Below, piece after piece: positions 58,841 to 64,000 of a DNA stretch of 64,000 nt. Under the pieces are notes generated by a model that saw only the letters and a list, made by a program, of their open reading frames with translations, was not told where the DNA came from and made no database searches. Origin of the DNA: Octopus sinensis (lineage: Eukaryota); assembly GCF_006345805.1 (NCBI RefSeq), contig NC_043016.1:20088001-20152000 (forward strand), in the 5' to 3' direction. A program made the translations under genes and the position numbers. The number at the start of each line of letters is the position of its first letter. Position 1 is the first letter of the stretch.

Positions 58841-61800
58841 CGATGTATAACAGTTTTTGGTTGCTGCTGTTTAGCATGGTTTGGTTAGTTTGATTTTATT
58901 TCCATTTTTAGAAAGTGTGTCCTCTTTTCTATGTTTTCTTATTAAAACTATTGTTTCATATGGATTATAAATTCCATTAATCAACTAGTACAAAATTATG
59001 CCAGCTCACCATCTTTTCCTTTATTTAGTGACCCTAGAGGAATTTGAACAAACTCAGAATGTAAGTGATTGCAAGAAGTGCCACTAAGCATTTTATCTGA
59101 TGTGCTAATGAATCTGCCAGCCTGCAGTAAACAAATATTGTAAAACACCTCTACATCTAGTCTGTTAGAACGGACACATGGCTAAGCTTGTAAAAACAAA
59201 GCACAGCATTTTATACAGTCTGATAGTTCATGCCTTTATAGCAAGTCTCTCTCCATGACTTATGGGTAGGTGCTGTTATTTGCATGGCAATCCATTTTAA
59301 TGCCCACAGATATCCAGAAGCTAAACTGTTCAGAATTATTGCACCTCTATACTGCAAATCTACCATCAGACAACAGTACTTTAACTTCAATTCCTACCAT
59401 CCATATAATATAAAGAGTAGGATTGCTCATTTCCTACAATATCAACCGAAAGCTATACAATGATTCTGAAACATACCAGCATGAAATGATCAGACTAAGA
59501 AACTCAAGACAATCCTGCAATAGTATGCAAACCCCACGTTAGACCTTTTGGAAAATTTACAAAACAGCCAACATGAAATCCACAAGATGGCTTTATAAAA
59601 ACAATATTAAGACGAATTTGTAAAGCTCAAACTGAGTAAGAAACAGGTTCTCTGCCGCAGTATTTGCTAATAACCTAGCATGACACGGAACTCATTTACA
59701 CCTCATAAAGAATCCAGATATAACAACAAATAAAAACATTTCCCAGACCCTTGGGTAGTTACACATATCAATTTCTACAATTTCCACAGCTGTAATAATT
59801 TCGAAGAATATGGGTTCAAGACAGCCACATATCATAAGCATACCATCAGAGGTGAGTAACTTAACTTGAATTCTCACAATATATTCACAGAATGGCTTTC
59901 CTATAACATCGACCAAAAACTAAGTAGTGATACTAAAATATACCAGCAAGATGGATTTGCACAAACAAAAAAAAAAAATTAAATCACTATTCATTGAAGC
60001 TCAAATTGAGCAAGAAGAACAGAATCTGTAGCACAGTAATTGCTAATTATCTAGCAGACCAGTAAGCCAAATGTACCAGATAATTAGGAAGAATGTAATC
60101 TCACTGGGCCTCATGGAGGATCCAGCTTTAAAAAAAAAAAAAGCATTTTCCATGTTAAAGAAGTGGCAACTTCATAGGGGGCTGAGAACCAAACTGATAT
60201 CCACAAGATGGATTTGCACAAACAAAAATATTAAATCATTATTCTTTAAAGCTCAAACTGAGCAAGAAAGAAAGTCTCTCTGGTGTAGCATTTGCTAATA
60301 ATCTAGTACAATAGGGAAGTCCATTTGGCTTCATGAAGAATCCGGATCTAAGACAGAAAATAAAAGCATTTGGCAGAGTCAATGAGGACTGCGTACTTCA
60401 TACAACACTGACCAAAAACAAAGTAGTGAACCTGAAACACACCAGCAAAAAATGATCAGTCTAAGAAACAAGAATATCCTGCAACAATATGCACACTCCA
60501 TGTAATACGTCAGAGTAAACTTAGAAAAACATCATACACAAGATCCACCATATGCATTTATACAAAAATGGAATGATGAATATGTAAAGCTGGAATTGAA
60601 AAAGGAAGAAAGACTCTCTGGTGTAGTATTTGCTAATAATCTTACGCAATAGGGAAGTCCATCTTGCCTCATGAAAAATCCGGGTCTAAGACAGAAAATA
60701 AAAGCATTTCCCAGATTCAAAGAGGATTGCTCATTTCATTTATCCACTCCAGCTAGGAGGAGAGAAGTGGATGAAATGCAAGATAAACCTGCAACAGTAT
60801 GTCAACCCTGTATGAGAGGCCTCTCCGAAAAAATACAAAACATCCTGAATGTAAAGACGGACAGGATGCCGCTAAGCATATTGCCCAGTGTGCTAACAAT
60901 TCTGTCAGGTTGCTGCCTTCTTTTTCTCTTTGGTAGAAGTACCACTAAACATTTTGTCCAATGGAATAATTATTCTGCCTGCTCACAGGACAGAGAAGCT
61001 TGCAGACTTATACATTTTGCCTGTTAAAAGGGACAAACAGACACTGTAAAACTACTACAGCAGAATGGCACTGATGTCAGCAAAGAAAGATGGTGAGGGC
61101 ACTCCTGCTATTTCTTGTTGGAATATTTTACTTTGCATTTTTTCTCTCTTTCCTTTCCATTTTCTCCCTCCTATTTCTCCAAAGGTAGAGTAAAAGACAC
61201 GATTATATGCAGTCCATGTCCAAGATGAAAAGCAGATCCACAAAATGGATTTACACAAAGAAAAACATTGAACGATGAATTTGTAAAGCTCAAAACAATC
61301 TAGAAAGACGGGATTTCTATCAGGAAGTTGAAGATTGGAAACTAGATCCAAGGAGATGACTTCACCAGACTTAATTAAGATTCCAACTTTTAAAAAAGAA
61401 TGCCAACTCCATGTTGGATGTCGGAGAATACTTGGAGAAACAACCTCCACAAGATTGATTTAAATAGTCGGAATGATGAATTTGTAAAGCTTATATTGAG
61501 CAAGAAAAAGAAATTCGCTGGTGCAATATTTGCTAATAAAGAAAAACAATTGAGAAGTGCATTTGTCCTAATGAAGAATCCGGATCTAAGAAAGGAAATG
61601 AAAGTATTTTCCAGAGACTTGATTAGGTACAAATAAATACATGTTTCAATTTTCATTAAAACACCAATGTCTTCCAATCTTTTTAGTGATCAATTAATGA
61701 ATGTAAAATTGAGACTGCATTGAAGTCAATGCCTACATAGAATGATTAATACTCTATGGAACAACGTAAAGCAAACAAAACAGTAACTTCATAGATGGAG

Positions 61801-62904
61801 TGAATATCAGCTGTATGTGTAGGTTCTTGGTGAAGCTCAATCTAAGATCCACAAATGAACTTGCACAAACAAAAATCACATTGGGAATTTGTAAAGATCA
61901 AATGAGCAAGACAGGCTTTCTAGTGTAGTAGTTGCTAGCTACCTATTAGATCAAGGAGCCAATTTTCTCCCAAAAAGCAGATTTCTCTGGACTAATTAAA
62001 AATATAAGTTTCAAAGAGAAATGATCCAGATTTAACAAAAGAAATAATGACTTATTTCGCATCACTACAAGCCTTCACAGGCGATGGCAATCTGCTTCCA
62101 TTTAGTGGGCTTATTAGAGAATCAGCCACTTCAAAGTGGGCTGAGAACCAAACGGACATCCCCACAATGGCTCTGCATAAACAAAAATATTGAAACATGA
62201 ATCTATAAAGCTCAAATTGAGCAAAGATGACAGATTTTTTAACATGGTAATTGCTAAATATCTAGCCAACCAGGGAGCTGAATTTATCATAAAAATAAGA
62301 ATGTAATCCCACTGGGCTCAAGGAGGATCCAGTTTAATCAAAAAGGAATTAGGCTTGATTTTGTTGTAGAGATTGTCTGACAGCCATGACTGGGCTCTCC
62401 TGCTTGTGTGGCATTGTGCAGAGTCCTGTTGCCAAACGTAGGGTCTTCCAGCAGCTACCCTCTTAAACCCAGTGTAGCACTACCTAATTTCAACCAAAGG
62501 CTTGTGAGTAAATTTGATAGAAACTGAAAGAAGCCCAGATATATATATATATCTGTGCGTGTGTATTATTATGTCTGTCTGTCCCCTGCCACTGTTTGAC
62601 AAGTAGTGTTGTGTTTATTTCTCTGTAACTTAGAAGTTTGGCAAAGGAGATAGATAGAATAAGTACAAGGATTTATAAAAAAACAAAATGAAAAACAAGT
62701 CCTAAGGTGGATTCATTCATCTAAAAATTCTTCAAGGTGATGCCGCAGCATGATCACAGTCTAATAACGAAGCCAAGTTAAAGATCTGTTTTGCCACACT
62801 TGCATGGGTTGGATAGATTTTCCAACACAGGATTTTTGCCACTTTTTGTGAGGTTCAAACTCTTTCTTCTTCATCTTTCACAGTTTTTGTTCATGTGGAT
62901 CTTT

Positions 62905-63650
62905 TGGCATAGCAAGGAAATTGCTAGAAACCATTCAACAGAGCCATTAAAGTCATCTGAAATTGTTCTCTTCCCCACTTATCTGGGAAAATGGACATCG
63001 GAAGTGAGAGGCTTACTGCAGAAGGTAGAGGCTTTGGTTGTCGCCAAATGAGATCTCGGTTTTGTAGGAATTGTAACAGCATATGCAGATGACATCACCA
63101 TCATCGTATCCAGTGGCAACCACCTGTGACAAGTGGTGATGTCAAAGGAAGATGAGACAATAGCAGGAGCAAGAATAAACCAGGACAAGTCAGTCGACTT
63201 GCAGCTTGGTACCTGAGAGACAAGTTGATGCCGTCATACAGCATTGTGGGGCGTTGGATGAATGGTCCAGTGAAAATGTTAGGGAAGTTTCTTTTGGTCC
63301 AGAACCCCAAATAGAAACTAGACGAAATAAGGTACCAGCTGAACGCCCTTCCAAATTGTTAGGCGTTGTACTGAAACTTGGGGCAAAATGCTTAACAGCA
63401 GTCAGTTGTCACGTTCTGAGTCCCCCACTGCATTTGAGCCAATATTAATTACCCAAACGCAGTCTGGAAGGCAGCTGTACCTGACAGAGGAGGCAGAAGT
63501 GGTGGCAAACGGTCTCTGTGAAGTTCATTTTTCAGTGAACTGGAACCGTGGATCAAGTGGAGACCCATGCTAGGTGAATGGCATGCAGAGTGCCGTAAGG
63601 CTCTCTGCATGAGGAATTCAATTTCCTCATTGGCTGTCACAGAAACCATG
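62905..63650 (+). mobile_element. Tx1/L1-clade RT C-terminal fragment
   Basis: TAYADDITIIVS...ETIAGARINQDKSVDLQLGT...W(M)NGPVKMLG. Confidence 0.75.
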
Positions 63651-64000
63651 GGTTGTGACTTGCAGAAACATGTTCCTTTCTCTTAACCCAATTGAATTTG
63701 TAAGACCTAGTGACTTATGTTTATAAAATTTATAAAAAGTTTTTAAAAACAGGAAGAAGCAGACTCCACTGAACCTTAACAAAATAGCTTCTTGACCTCA
63801 AAATTAATCTGGATCTAAGAAAGGAAATAAAAACCTGTAGTGAGACGAGAAGAATTTATGTCTTTGCTTAAAACAGTTGAAGGAATCCGGGGTAGAGGTA
63901 GACCCAGGAAGACATGGGATGAGGTGGTCAAGCATGACCTTCGAACATTGGGTTTCACAGAGGCAATGATGACAGACCTGACAAATAATGTGAGTTCATA

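Larger units (their letters stand above)
38240..62330 (+). repeat. Mosaic complex satellite of PLE-RT-derived and ankyrin-derived modules, interrupted by other transposon fragments
   Basis: The module atccacaa(g/a)atggattt(g/a)cacaaa...gaatttgtaaagctc...tctggtgtagtatttgctaataatct recurs roughly 20 or more times (counted by eye) on the same strand. It is interleaved with EYGFKT..YHK.T.RG.Y.NFNSHHPYNIK, (P)ATVCQPCMRGLSEKIQNI and LLHFA..GH.DTVKLL modules. Confidence 0.85.

Noticed and set aside
158-63649. Most ORFs of the six-frame track as protein-coding genes
   Set aside because: They fall in SINEs, MITEs, microsatellites or off-frame strands of decayed transposons, and recur wherever the repeat recurs. 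The real host exons are intron-bounded and mostly absent from the track.

Overview
AT-rich eukaryotic genomic DNA with spliceosomal GT-AG introns. The repeat families (GGAGTGGCTGTGTGGTAAG-headed tRNA SINEs, RTE-tailed SINEs ending in (GAT)n) look like those of Octopus/coleoid cephalopods; this is an inference from memory, no search was run. Two host genes lie head-to-head around a twin-CGGAAGT (ETS-type) promoter near 9.96 kb. THOC5 is on the minus strand (three 5' coding exons seen; the gene runs off the left edge) and LYRM9 is on the plus strand (two confident exons, last exon uncertain). The rest is transposon debris: RTE, CR1, Tx1/L1, HERO-like and Penelope-like (PLE) retroelements, mariner, hAT, piggyBac, Helitron and Gypsy fragments, and many SINEs and MITEs. 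Two things stand out. First, tRNA-headed short elements whose tails carry a minimal PLE-type hammerhead ribozyme occur as inverted pairs inside a decayed PLE (12.7-15.2 kb). Second, a ~24 kb mosaic satellite (38.2-62.3 kb) is built from scrambled PLE reverse-transcriptase pieces and ankyrin-repeat coding DNA, amplified at ~270 bp, ~2.69 kb and ~12 kb scales. Most ORFs in the supplied track are spurious frames inside repeats. No CRISPR array, rRNA or bona fide tRNA gene was found.
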